Below are positions 1 to 13,179 of a stretch of DNA of 64,000 nt, piece by piece (position 1 is the first letter of the stretch; each line of letters starts with the position of its first letter). Under the pieces are notes generated by a model. The model made no database searches, was not told the origin of the DNA, and was given only the letters and a program-made list of their open reading frames with translations. A program made the position numbers and the translations under genes. This stretch comes from Adineta vaga (lineage: Eukaryota; Animalia; Rotifera): positions 3,968,001-4,032,000 of the forward strand of contig CP075496.1 of NCBI GenBank assembly GCA_021613535.1. Direction: 5' to 3'.

Positions 1-698
1 CGAATGACATACTTTGACATTTGTAATAGACGTAATTAAACATGTATCGAGAGTTTTCTTTTGAACGTTTGCATGGAAAATATTGACAAATGTCTTACAA
101 TGATTTTGAAAAAAGTAAATAACAAAATTCACTCACAATAGTCTAATCAAGATGTTATTTGAAAGAAAGCTATAGTTTTAGAAACCTTACGTTTTGATTG
201 TTCGAAGGTTCTTTCTTGAAAGAACGACAATGGTAGATTACTATTATGAATGCATTCGAGTTCTCAATTCTATAAAATAGTATCTAAATATTTGATCGTG
301 GTAATTCTGTATTAATCTACATAAGATAAACGTATTTAGAAAGAATGATTATCATTACATCTATCATTAATTCTTGTTTAACTTCAATCAAGAATAATAT
401 ATAGGTTTGTTGTTTGACTCGAAGTTCTTTACGGTTGACTCATAGCGTCATCTGCTCGTACTCAAGTTTGACTGGTTCTTGATCTCAGTCAAATGAGATA
501 GATGTTTACATTGTAACTATTTTTTCATTCCTTAATTTGATTGATTGAATACTTTTCGAAGAAATATTGTCTTGTCACATAATATTAATCAGTCGAAGAC
601 ATATGACTGCTCTGGTTTTTGCTTCACTATAACTATTGATCTTCTCATACGTATGTTTATCATTAAAGATCACGACTGTTCTTGTAGATAATTCAATA

Positions 699-3356
699 AT
701 GAATTATCGTTTTCTTGCTTATCGACTGATAAATGTATATAGCAAAGATTTAGTATTAGTTAAGCAAAATTCACAATTATTTTCTCGTTATCTAACGAGA
801 ACAACAACTACACAAACGCAATTAACTACGCCAACACGTCAATGGGCAATTAAACGTTATGCGTTACTTATTGGACTACCGGTTACTACGTTTTTTTTCT
901 ATCGTTTATCAACAAAATATGAAACGCGACGAAAACATCGCATTGTATTAGAAAGTATTGGACGGGCTATTCGGTAAACGAAATTCAATTAAATCTTCAT
1001 CTACTCTATTTATTGATATTCTAGAGCTATTTCAGTAGGTCTTCGATCTGCTGTTGATCAAAAATTTAGTTTATTATTCAAACGTGAGGTAAAATATTCA
1101 TTGAATTCTTTATTAATTAGAGATAGTATTGGTTTTATACAAATGTTTTTCTTTCCCAGGGCACTGATGAATATATTACAGCACTTCAAGCAACTCGTCG
1201 TCGAAATGCTAAACGTTTTGCTAATCTATGTATTGATATAGGTGGTGTTTATATCAAAATTGGTCAAGCTTTTGTATGTATTTCTATATAAACGGAATGT
1301 TATTAAAAACTAATATTTACTATTTATTAACTTGTTTAGATTAATCTTCCTGAAGTGATTCCTCTAGAATATTATGAAGAATTACAAGTTCTTCAAGTGA
1401 GTCATCAACAATACTAGTCATCATTTGAAATATAATAACTTTTCGAACAGGAACGTGCACTTCGTCGAGAAAAAGGCGAAGTATGTTCATTCGTTTTTCA
1501 TGCCTATTTTCATGGAAAACTTTTCACTCAATTAGATTGATACTCTTTTCAAACGTTATTTCCGTGATACACCAGAAAATATTTATAACAATTTCAATCG
1601 TGAACCTATTGCAGCCGCATCATTAGCAGAAGTTTATGCAGCTGAAACTAAAGATGGTCAACCAGTTGCTATTAAAGTTCAATATTCCGATTTACGTGAA
1701 CGTTATGAAACTGATATAGCCACGGTAGATAGATAAACAAAATCTTTCTTGATATTTATTGATTTTTGTTTTATTTTTTTCGATGAGAATTTTGTTTCAT
1801 CTATTCGAATGGTTTAATCCTTCATGGACGATGGTAAGAGAATTAACTGATGAATATTTTTACGGGTTATTTCTCTTTTGTTTTTCTAGGCTTGGCTATT
1901 AGATGTAAGTTCAAAGAAAGCGAGAGAGAGATATGAATTTGAGAAAATATGAAATTTATTTCATTAGGAATTACATGATGATCTCACATTAGAATTAGGT
2001 AAATGAATATGTATATAGAGATGGATTGTGTATGAATAGTTTCTGATATTTAGATTTTTTACATGAAGCAAGAAATGCTGAACGATGTCGTGAACATCTG
2101 AAACATTTAGATTATATTCATGTACCTAAAGTTCATTGGAATTTAACGAAAAAAGTAATCGCTTTATTGAAAAACAAAATTTTCTTTTTCGTAATGAAAT
2201 TCTGTTTTGTTTCTGTATAGCGTATTTTAACTTACGAATTTATGTCCGGTATTACCATTGATAATGTTGATAAGTTAAAAGAACTGAATCTCTCTTTAAA
2301 AGATGTAAGTAATAGGATTATTTATATACATAAGGAAAACTTCATAGATCTATAAAAGATACTAATAGATTATACCATTTGTCAATAGTTTTCATCAGAA
2401 TAGAAGTTGCCTATTATTCGCTTTATTTATATACATATATCACATCTCAATGTCATCAACCCCTTGTCATCTACCATCCAATTGTATTTCATATTTCAGT
2501 GCGAAAAGCTTCTGTCAACTATTTGTCTAGTAGGATAGTTGTATTAAACTATCTTTGAAATTTTTATTTTAGTAAAATGATGTATCATTGATATATTTTT
2601 TTATGCAGATTGATGAAAAACTCATTCGAGTTTTTGCAGAACAAATTTTCCGTACTGGTTTTGTTCATGCTGATCCTCATCCTGGTAATGTTCATGTTCA
2701 AGTGAACACTAATTCAAAATCAAAAAATTCTCAACGAGCTCAAATTGTTCTTCTCGATCATGGTCTTTACGAAAGTTTATTAAGTGAAGAACGAAAAATT
2801 CTCTGTGATCTATGGATGGCATCGATAACCAATGATCATATACGAATGAAACAAACGGCAACAGCATTGGGTGCACCAGAAAAAGATTATGAATTGTTTT
2901 GTACATTAGTTACAATGAAACCCTTACCTGATACTGAACAATTTGTTATACCTTCGTATGCAAAAGATTGGGATCCATTACCACGTGAATTGCAAATGAT
3001 TGCATTAAAAAGTGGTAAATATCAAATGCCATCTGAAGATGAATATCAGAATGAATTGAGTGATGAACAACGTTCGGATATACGAAAACATTTCCGTAAA
3101 CTAATGGACAAAAAACGTACTGCATTACTTCGTATTCTCAAACAAATGCCCAAAACAATGTTTCTTTTATTAAGGTTTGCAGATCGAAAACAAGTGTCTT
3201 AATATTCATTTGTTTTGTTTTTTCTTTAGAAATTTGAATTCAGTAAGAAATACATTAAAAATTCATAATATTTCTGATGTGGATCGAACAACTATCATGA
3301 CTGAAGTTTGTCAACAAGCTTTAAAAGAATTTCAAACAAAAAAAAAGAAAGTTTAA
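699..3356 (+). CDS. ADCK5: ABC1/UbiB atypical kinase, ADCK5-like (multi-exon, with 15-31 nt micro-exons)
   Basis: Spliced by hand: GGVYIKIGQ, PIAAASLAEV, VAIKVQY, LELDFLHEARNAERC, VHADPHPGN and LLDHGLY are UbiB-family motifs. N-terminus is Arg/Thr-rich, mitochondrial-transit-like. ATG 699, TAA 3354-3356. Confidence 0.88.
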
Positions 3357-3427
3357 TTCGACTACAATCAAATACGAAAAAACATTCATGCATATTTTTC
3401 TTGCGCTTCTTTTTTTTATTATTAAAT

Positions 3428-4027
3428 CTATTTATCTATCGATGATTCATCGATAGCTTCAATATATTGAATATCATCCGTATTACATGTAAGAATAGCT
3501 GTTATTAACGAAACAGAAATAAATAATGTTGCACCACAATGAATTCCGTATGCCCATTGAAGATAATAGATTTGTTGATGATGACTAAGTGGAATAAATA
3601 TAATAACAAATGAATCGAGTAAGAAAACGATTAATAATAATAAAATTGTACATAGCCAAAAAAATCGTCGAAGTGAAAACGATTGTTTAATAAATGATAA
3701 AGTTGATGAAAGTATGGCAATTAAAGTAAAAATAAATGAAACAATCATTACTATCGCTGTAATTGGCATCCATAAAAGATGTGAACGATAATGAGATTGG
3801 CCAAACAAACATTTCACTGTAATTGAAGATATAAATGAATGTTTCCAATTGGGATGATTTTCACAACTAAATAATGGTCCATAATGACCGAATTTAGTTT
3901 GAATCCAAAATGATGTTAATAAAGCAATAAGAAGAAAGAGACAATGAAGAATCATGAGAAAGATAATTGCAACTTTAATTGGTGAAACAATATAGATACG
4001 TTCGAATTTAGCACGAGGAGCATACAT
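3428..4027 (-). CDS. Four-TM claudin/PMP22-like membrane protein, single exon
   Basis: 199-aa ORF with four hydrophobic segments; first loop carries W...GPL..C...C, resembling the claudin W-GLW-C-C signature; LQWAY precedes TM4. Confidence 0.65.
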   Translation of the reverse strand: MYAPRAKFERIYIVSPIKVAIIFLMILHCLFLLIALLTSFWIQTKFGHYGPLFSCENHPNWKHSFISSITVKCLFGQSHYRSHLLWMPITAIVMIVSFIFTLIAILSSTLSFIKQSFSLRRFFWLCTILLLLIVFLLDSFVIIFIPLSHHQQIYYLQWAYGIHCGATLFISVSLITAILTCNTDDIQYIEAIDESSIDK

Positions 4028-4992
4028 ATTTCCGTTTGTGTTTACTGTAGCTAAATGACTGACAAATGGGCGTCGGTTTTCTCTCTCTCTCTCTCTTCAA
4101 GCAGAATTGTTATGCATATACGATTGCAGAAATAAGCATCTATATTCTCTTTTGCCTTTTTATCCATTAGAAAAACAATGTTTTCTCTGGGCCTTTGGAT
4201 GAGAACAGAAGACGGCGAAGAAAAAAAGAAGAAAGAAAAGTATACACAATATCCATCTTATATCTATCCAATGCTTATTTTGCACAATCTAGCGAACACA
4301 GTTGATGGAAACAGATTCTTCTGCTCATGTAGAGATATGGACAATTCGAGGACGCTTGATATTTAACCAAGGACACTTTGGATGAAAGAAGAGATTCAAA
4401 TATTGATTATATAAGTTATATAACAGGTGTATTTCAATTAATATGATTAGGATTTTTGTTATCGAATTCGATAATAGAATTTGTCTAATAAATAGATAAA
4501 TATGTAAAGATTACTCAATTTATGAATATTATATTAGCAATATGAAACATTTGCAGCTTTCAAGGTTAATAGAAATAGGTTGAGAGAAACAGTACATGAA
4601 GATTTTAATGCATCATTTCTATTTCGTTTCCCTTGTTGTCTTTGAGAATATTTAACTAAATGGGCAAAAAACGTAAGACAAATTGGAGTTGACAAAAAGA
4701 TACACAATGAAAGGAGAGAGAGAGAAAGAGAGATATTATTAAATAGATAAGAATCTACATCGAACATCTTTTTCTAAATAAAATACAAGCCGTTTCAAAG
4801 AGTGAAGAGAAAAATCTTACTAGTTATTTAGTATCGCAGTTAAAAGAGATAATACGAGCAAACAAACACCCTTTTCTTCTTCATCTTATCAGCAAAACTT
4901 GTCTCATTGAAGCTATTATTATTGTTAAAACATTTGTTGATGCACTTATTTTGATTTAACAAAAGAAACATACATCCACGAAAAAGAAGAAA

Positions 4993-7077
4993 ATGTTTCG
5001 TATACCAGTATACTTCTTAGGTATTCTTTTCGTTTTTATTCATACAAATAATGCTCAAGTTGATCCGGGCCTATGTCCTGATGGTCCCACTTCACCAGTT
5101 CCAGATCCAAAATGGCGAACTGTTCCAAGTCGATTTGAAGTTGTTACAGAGTTAATAACAGATAAAACCATCACTGATATATCGCAAGCATTCTCAACAA
5201 CTCGAGATTCAATTGTGATGGATGCTGCTAATAGTAACTTTCATATTCAATATCAGTGATCTTGAATTTAATTTTTGTTTTTTATTTCTTAGATCAATAT
5301 CGATTCTATTATAATTTTGCTACAAATGAATCTTTTGAAGTACTCAATAGTGGAGGTGCTAATAATATGTTATTCTGTCTTAGACAAGTTATTGGAAATA
5401 ATGCGGAAACAAGTGTTATTCTACCAAAAACACTCTTTGTCAAACCATCTGTTCTTCTTGGTTTTGATCAACGTAATCAACGCAATACAAATTGGGGTGT
5501 TCGTTATCAAGGTGATGATATTTTACGTGAAATTCCAACAAATGTATTTCGTTCATGTTTTTATCTATATGATATTCGAGCAACAGTTCTTGTTACTTAT
5601 CATATGTCCAATCCAGACAAGTTTCAAGCTTATTTACCAGCTAATGAAAGTATTGTCTTGCAAATGAATGTCACCGTTAAAAATCAAACTAGTCAAGATA
5701 GTTATACATACAATGTTTTTCGTTATTCAACTAATCCAAGTCGACGAGAAGAACGACAAGCATTGGAAACACCCACTGGTCTCTATTGTCCAAATCGTAT
5801 ATCGACAATGCCGATACCATCAGATATTCCTGAACGTGTCAGTTCAAATACAGAATTATTTGTCCCACTAGGTAATACTAGTTCAATCATCAGCACGCAT
5901 AGTTTATTCGATACCGAATTTCAATTTGTACGTTTTGATGTTTGGCTTCCGGATCCAATGGGCAGTCCATTCTGGTTACATTTTACAGAAATTCATGATT
6001 ATGCTGTTGGTCTCACTTATCGTTATGATAATCGTCGACATCAATGCGCTGTCAGTAATATTAGTAGTAATTTGAATGATGCTGTATCTGTTGATGGTAA
6101 CCCAAGTCTTTTGCAGATGGGCAGTCCGCAACACTTATTTCTTATGGATGATGTTGATTATCAATATTCAGGAGAAAAACCATGTCGAGATCGTGTTTGG
6201 TGTCATGTATGGATAGGTGAGAAGAGTATGCCAGGTAATGTTGTTCAACATCGGGAATGGTATTGGTCATCAAGTATCAATGGTGAACCTGTTGTTCAAT
6301 CTTCACCAATGAAATTAATTTTAAAACAATACACCAATGGTGTTCTTAATGGTTCATATGAAATGAGTAGGATAGAACAAAATTAATAACTTAAGAAAGA
6401 TTGCTATAATTCTTTATCTTTTCTATTTAAAGATGTTTTTAATTTCCGTCGTCGACCATTTACTGTCTTTGAACTTGATTTTACTTTAGCTGAATGTTAT
6501 CGAGCATTAGGTCCAGAAGGTAAACTATATTCAACTATCATTCCATTGATACATTTCTTTTCTTGTCGTAGAAAATTACAATCTTGGTGTACTTTCATTC
6601 CGTATCATCAATGACAAACAATATCCTGTCTATCAAAACTTAAATTATTTACGTTTTCACATTTGGGAAACTTTAGTTTTTACTATGTTCGTACGACCAA
6701 CACGTATTTCACATATGATTGTTGATCAAGATGATGAGAGCAAGGATATCATAGTTACATTCACTTTACTTGATGCACCACCTGTCACAGGACCTGTTGA
6801 AGATCCACTTAAAGAATCATCATTAGATACAGTTATCAATCGTTTGAGTAACATCATCGATTCTAATGGTTTAGCATTCCGTGCTCGATATGGTTCTAAA
6901 CAAGTTACTCTTCGAGCACGTGGAGGTTCACTCAATGTTCCTCATACAAGTACAAAAACGAACTGGAAGACTTCAGGTCCAAAAATCACCGGACTTTGGC
7001 TTGGTTTAATTCTTGTTGGTTTAGTAATTGGTGGTGTTGGTGGTTTTATCGTTTTTGCAAAACTTGCAAACAAATAA
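4993..7077 (+). CDS. Type I membrane glycoprotein with probable LolA/ependymin-like beta-sheet domains (4 exons)
   Basis: Signal peptide (MFRIPVYFLGILFVFIHTNNA); exons join in frame via GT-AG introns; ETPTGLYCP and YSGEKPCRDRVWCHVW motifs; C-terminal TM (GLWLGLILVGLVIGGVGGFIVF). Fold assignment is from recalled similarity only. Confidence 0.6.
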
Positions 7078-10000
7078 AATGAACAATCAAATCAAACAAC
7101 AACAATCGTATAGAAACTAGTTCTTCTTTTTCAACTATATTTTATATTTCTTCGTATTCCACGTGTGTCTGTATGCGTATTTGCTCTTTTTTTTCTCTTC
7201 ACCATTATTTATAATAAACAACAATAGAAGAATGTTTTATAAAAAGAATAATTATACTAATGATTAAAAGTAAGATGAAGTTACTTCAGAGGAAAGTTTA
7301 AATAAACAAAGATGAAGATAACGTCTCTTCTTCTTCTTCTTCTTATCATGTGCGTTCTATAAGAACGATTATTTGAGTAAAAACAAAGATGTTTTGTCAT
7401 ATAAAGATAAGAAAACTAACAAAAGAAAAGTTGTAAATAAACTTTTCTAAATCTTCTATTTTTATTTTATTTCGTTTCGTTAAAAAACGTTTTTATTACA
7501 ATATGTTTTCATTAGCATTGAAATAAAATAAATCGATCAAAATCCGGTGATTTTTCTATTGATAATTGATTATGAATTGTTTCTGCGTTGTTTAATTAGT
7601 TCCATTTATCAAAAATGTTTAGATTCATTATTTTTCATCAACATCTTTTACGATTAATTTATACATTTACTTCTCGTTTTTTAAGAAATCAGAAAGAATC
7701 TTCCGATCTGTTGTTTTTAAATTAGTAAACGAGAAATATATATATATATATTGAGAGAGAGAAAGAGAAAATCTGTTCATGTCGACCGGAAGTAAATATA
7801 CACAGGTTGAGTAAGAGTAGGTGTTCAACTATCGATGAACTTAGTTTCTTTTTCTATTGACATTTGTTTTTAGAAAAAATTCAGGCGCCTAATAGCATTA
7901 ACTTTACATGGTTTTTATCGATTAATAAGTTTATTTTCTTACCCCATTGTTATTTAGTTTTATATCTCTTCCTCCTTCGCTGTCTCTCTCTCTCTCTCTC
8001 GTTCTCTTTTGATAATTAGACAAAACATTATTTATCAGTATAAAAAAAGAAAACAAAAATCTCCTGTTGTGTACGTCTTAGGTATTGTCTGTCATACCGA
8101 TAAGACTAATCTAAATAATCTATATATGAATGATTTTCATTAATCGATTGTTTATTTTCTTTGCGTCGTTTATCCAAGCCAACGCGTATAAAGATTGCTT
8201 TATCGAACGAGTAATATATCATTGAGGTATGTATAAAAGAAAATGATCGATAATCTTGAAACACAGCATGATTCAAATCATCGTTAGGTTGTCTTCGAAC
8301 TGTCTGTTTTAATTTCATATTGATATATTCCGAAGAGTTTCTCAGCTTGTCGTCTTGCTATTAAGATTTATTATGATGAATAGATAAGAAAAAGAAAAAG
8401 AGTCGAAGAGTATTTTTCATCTCTCTTCTCGAACCTCTAATTAGTTCAATGAAACAATAGTAAATCCGAGTAGGAAATATTATCACATAAAACCTTTAGA
8501 TCTGATATTTTGTTTTGATTATCATATACATATATCATGAAGAAACACATTATGATGATTATACAATATAATTATTCTTCTCTCCTTTTGTTTATTATTG
8601 ATAGATCGTTGTGATCAAGGCTATTGAATATTAAATCTCGATATACTTGAAAATAAAATGACTTGATAGATCTTTTTTTTTCTTTCGTTTTCGTATCTGA
8701 AATGATTTATTAATCAAATTGACATGCGATTAATTAATATCTAACGATTTCTTTTCGTATTTATCAATAGAGCATCATAATCATAACGTTTATTGTTTTG
8801 TGACATCTGATGTATTTTCACGTCACACTATCAAATATTTACCTTCGAACCAAGGAAATCGATCTATTCTACACACATTGAAAGCAAAAGTCGATTTAAC
8901 GTAAAAACTAAAAGCATGTTACTTATTAAATATGTTTAAAATTATCGACAAGTATATCCATTGACGATAGTTGAAAGAGAACTCATTTAATGTAGACAAT
9001 AGGGATGTGTACTCACGAAAATTTTCTTAGAGAACTCATTGAAAAATAGACTTGTTGAGCAGGCAAATATATATATATATAAAGAGAGAAAAAACTATCA
9101 CTTTCATTGAATCAATATGAAAAATAGATAAAGAGAAAAAAGTATTTCCGTCATCAAGTCACGCAGATCAAACATCATCGTCTAAAATAGAGTCTGTTCA
9201 AACGATGACATTCACGAGAGTATTACTGTTTCTCTGATCGTCTTCTTCTTTTCATTTAGATTCTTTCTTCTCTCTCTCTCTCTTGTTCTAATGTCTAAAG
9301 TAGAGGTTGCCCCGTTGCTTGCTACCAATAACGGAATAGATCGAATCAATAGGTAGAAGCTGATAGTTTCAAAGAACAAAAAGCAAAATGATTTTTTTGT
9401 CGTTATATCGGTGAGTTTATCTGATAGAAAGATATTTATCTGTTATTATACATACGACTGAAGAACAAAACGACAATATTTGTTCCGATATTGTTTGATA
9501 ATTGTCTTGTGTGTCGAATCACACTATTTTTGTCGACATTCATTTACAGATGGGGTGCCGATTGGTTAGTAAACAGACATCGACAATATGCATCTACAAA
9601 TCGTTCTATTTCAACACCTTTTTTTTCCTCTCTTTCCTATATAAACTAATAATGAGACGAAGATCGAGAAATTGTGATTAACTATAAATAGACTAAAAAT
9701 CTTAAGTATTTTTTTTTATTGTACGTTACAATATGGAAACGGAATTCAATGGTTAAAATAACATTAGAGAGAATTACTTCGATATAGTTCGAGACGTAAG
9801 AATGGAATATAACACACTAGTTTTTCATCAGCACATCTATATTTTTCTTAAAGACGTTCTATATGCATACGTATTCATATAAAAAGGTTAGTGACGGGAG
9901 AATTCTTAAGTAAACATTGCCGAAAGGAAAATAATTACCCCCAAATCTTTTGCCTATCTAAAAGAGAAAGAGAGAAGACGAGAGTTTCCCGTTTCTCGCT

Positions 10001-10839
10001 CTCTCTCTCTCTCATTCTTTTTCTCTAGTACTCTCGACCATACACTAGGCATTTGAAAGTGATGGTTTATTGGACAACATAGATAAATTGTCTTTGTCTA
10101 CATATGAAATGCAAGTAAGCAAATGTAAATAATTAGATTTTTTTTCTCTTATGTTTCATACACCTGAATAAAATACATTCATCCTGTTATTTGTGTCTGT
10201 TTTCATTGAAATGTATTATTATCCATATGTTTTGATAACAAACAAACAAGAAAACATCGCACAAGTGATCTAGTTCAATGACAACAAAAAAAAGAAAGAA
10301 AGAAATCTTCTTCTTCTTCGTCTTCTTTATCTTTCGCTACACTAGAACATCAATTGATCTGATCGATTCTGATAGAGTTCGAAAAAGAAAATCTTTATCC
10401 AATAAAAAAGAAAACATATGCCTGAATTTGATTATATTAGTTAATTCATCTAAATGCAAATTTTTTCTTGTCGCTCGAATAGTTTTCCTATGTATCGTTT
10501 GTCTGAATTTTGATCGTATCATAAAGGTTTGTATCGTATGACTAGGTAAATGTACAGAATTGTCAATTCGTTTTGAAAAATCAAATACATAAGAAATTTG
10601 AAAAGAAAAAAAAAACAAATCGAATTCTCTGTTTAAAATATGAATTAATCCCTAATGAAATTTAATGTCGATAGATTTATCAAAAAAAAACCGTCCGGAA
10701 ATTCGATACTAGGAAAACATAGTCTCATGAGAATGATTGATTTCACTAAATAGAAAAGAATCATCACATACGCAGATATATAGACATATATATGTTTTTT
10801 GTCTTTATTTATTTTTAGTTATCATAGTTTCTTTCTAAT

Positions 10840-13082
10840 ATGACTGACAACAACGTATGTTTATTATCTGGTAATTGTACAAGTCTGACCATGCTAACAT
10901 CATCAGCTGCATTGTATAAAACAATATTGATTATCATTGGCGGAATGATCTTAAGTTTATTAACAACTGTCGGTAATCTTCTCGTATTAATATCATTTCG
11001 TATTAATAAACAATTACGTACAGTAACGAATTATTTTCTTCTTTCACTTGCTATTGCTGATTTCACAATTGGATCATTTTCTATGCCAATATTTTTCACT
11101 TTTTTCGGCAAAGATCGATGGCCATTTGGTTCATTTTTATGTGATGTATGGCTTAGTGTTGATTATACAATGTCAAATGCATCTGTAGCTAATCTTTTAT
11201 TGATATGTTTCGATCGATATCTTTCTATTACTCGACCATTAACATATCGAGCAAAACGTACACCTAAACGTGCATCAATTATGATCGGTTGTGCTTGGAT
11301 TATTTCATGCTTAATTTGGACACCGGTAAATTTCTAAAGAACATAAATAAAAAAATTCTTTTGTTCCTTGTAGTGGATATGGGCATGGCCTCTGATTGAT
11401 AAACGAGTACCAGCAGGTGAATGTCGATTACCATTTGCTTCGAAGGCGACAGGTAATATGAAACAAAGAATTAACAGAATGAAAATCTCTTTTCATATTT
11501 AGTGGCTATTCCAACAGCGATTGCAGCATTCTATTTACCAGTTACATTAATGTGTTTACTCTATTTTCGTATTTATCGTGAAACAGTGAAACGTCGAAAA
11601 GAATTACATCTTTTACAAGCTCAACATCATACATCATTTTCTCAAGGAACAACGACAAATACGACATCCAATGGTCGTATAACAAAAAATTTAAGTACAA
11701 CAGGTACGACACTTGTTATGGATCAAGATGAAAGTATTTCAACTGATTCGAATCGTTCACGTGGAAGAATTATTTCATTGCGTACTTGTTCTATAAATCG
11801 CTTCTTTTCAATAAGTAAGAAATCCAGAAAATCTCACTATCCATTTATCTGTGATTGTTGCTGTAGAAGGTAACAGAATTCCTTTTATTTTGATTTTGCT
11901 CATCTTTTCTTATATTTAAGGCATTCTAATCGAACAAAATCGAATTCCAATCGTGTTGATAACGATGATGACGAAAGTTCAACGGAAATCCGTTCTGTAC
12001 TTGCTTCAAATAATGATCGAAATCATCTAGACACAATTTCGATATCAAATCCTGGTAAACTTTCTCTTGCTCATGCACGAACAAATACAATTCTTGATAC
12101 AACTGATACAAGTAAATGTAGTCTTTATGCTGATCCATGGATTCGTCGTTGTGATCAACCATCACCTATTGATTTTATCATAAAACAAAATCAAAAGCAA
12201 CGACAAAAATCTATTCAATATGAAACTCGTCTTTATTATCATTCATTATCATCGACATCTGATGAACAACTTTCTCAACAACAACAGCAACGTCAACCAT
12301 TATTAACAAATATTGATAAAGACATTGAATATGTCGAATCAAGATTACGTGGTCAAACAACAGTTTCATTACCACCATCTCATTATTCACGTGAATCTCC
12401 AACTTGGTTACGACTTCCTCATCAAAACTATATCAATATTTTATCAACTTCATCAGATGATCAACAGCAACAACAACAGCAATCAAACATTTCTATTCAA
12501 CAAACGTACCCGAATACATCACAATGTAATGAAACAACTGTATCATCAATCAAACCAAATTCATCAAAACCTTCAACAACTCTATCGACAAGTACCAATG
12601 GAAGTGTCAAAACTGTTAAAAGTCGAATAGAAAAAATGAAAGATCAAAAAGCAGCAAAAACTCTAAGGTATATTTTTTATTTTCTTCTTTCATTAATAAA
12701 ACGAATTATGAATCATTTTAGTGCTATCCTAATTGCTTTCATTGTTACATGGCTACCCTATAATACAAATATAATCATCTCAACAATAAAACCAGATGCG
12801 TTTACTCATGGTTTTCCAATGTATTGGGAACGTTTTGGTTATATGTTTTGTTACATAAACTCAACAATTAAGTAAACGTTTTCAATAAAAATAAATCTCC
12901 AATCTTTTTATTGAATATTTTAATGTTTTAGTCCAATGCTCTATGCTTTATGTAATGGTACATTTCGCCGAACATTTGCTCGTATTCTTCGTTGTCAATG
13001 TCATCGACGTCATACACCAACACATGTACAAAAAGCTTATCGTTTTCAAGTAAAACAAAGTTTAACAACGAATCATGTTTAA
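10840..13082 (+). CDS. mAChR: Muscarinic acetylcholine receptor (class A GPCR, long ICL3)
   Basis: [100 protein letters not shown]; exons splice in frame. Confidence 0.93.
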
Positions 13083-13179
13083 AGAAATTTTTTCTATATA
13101 AAAATTGTTATTTTGTTTTGTTCATGTAAATATTCTTAATCAATTGGTCTGAGACCAAAACATTTTTTTCCTTTTATTT

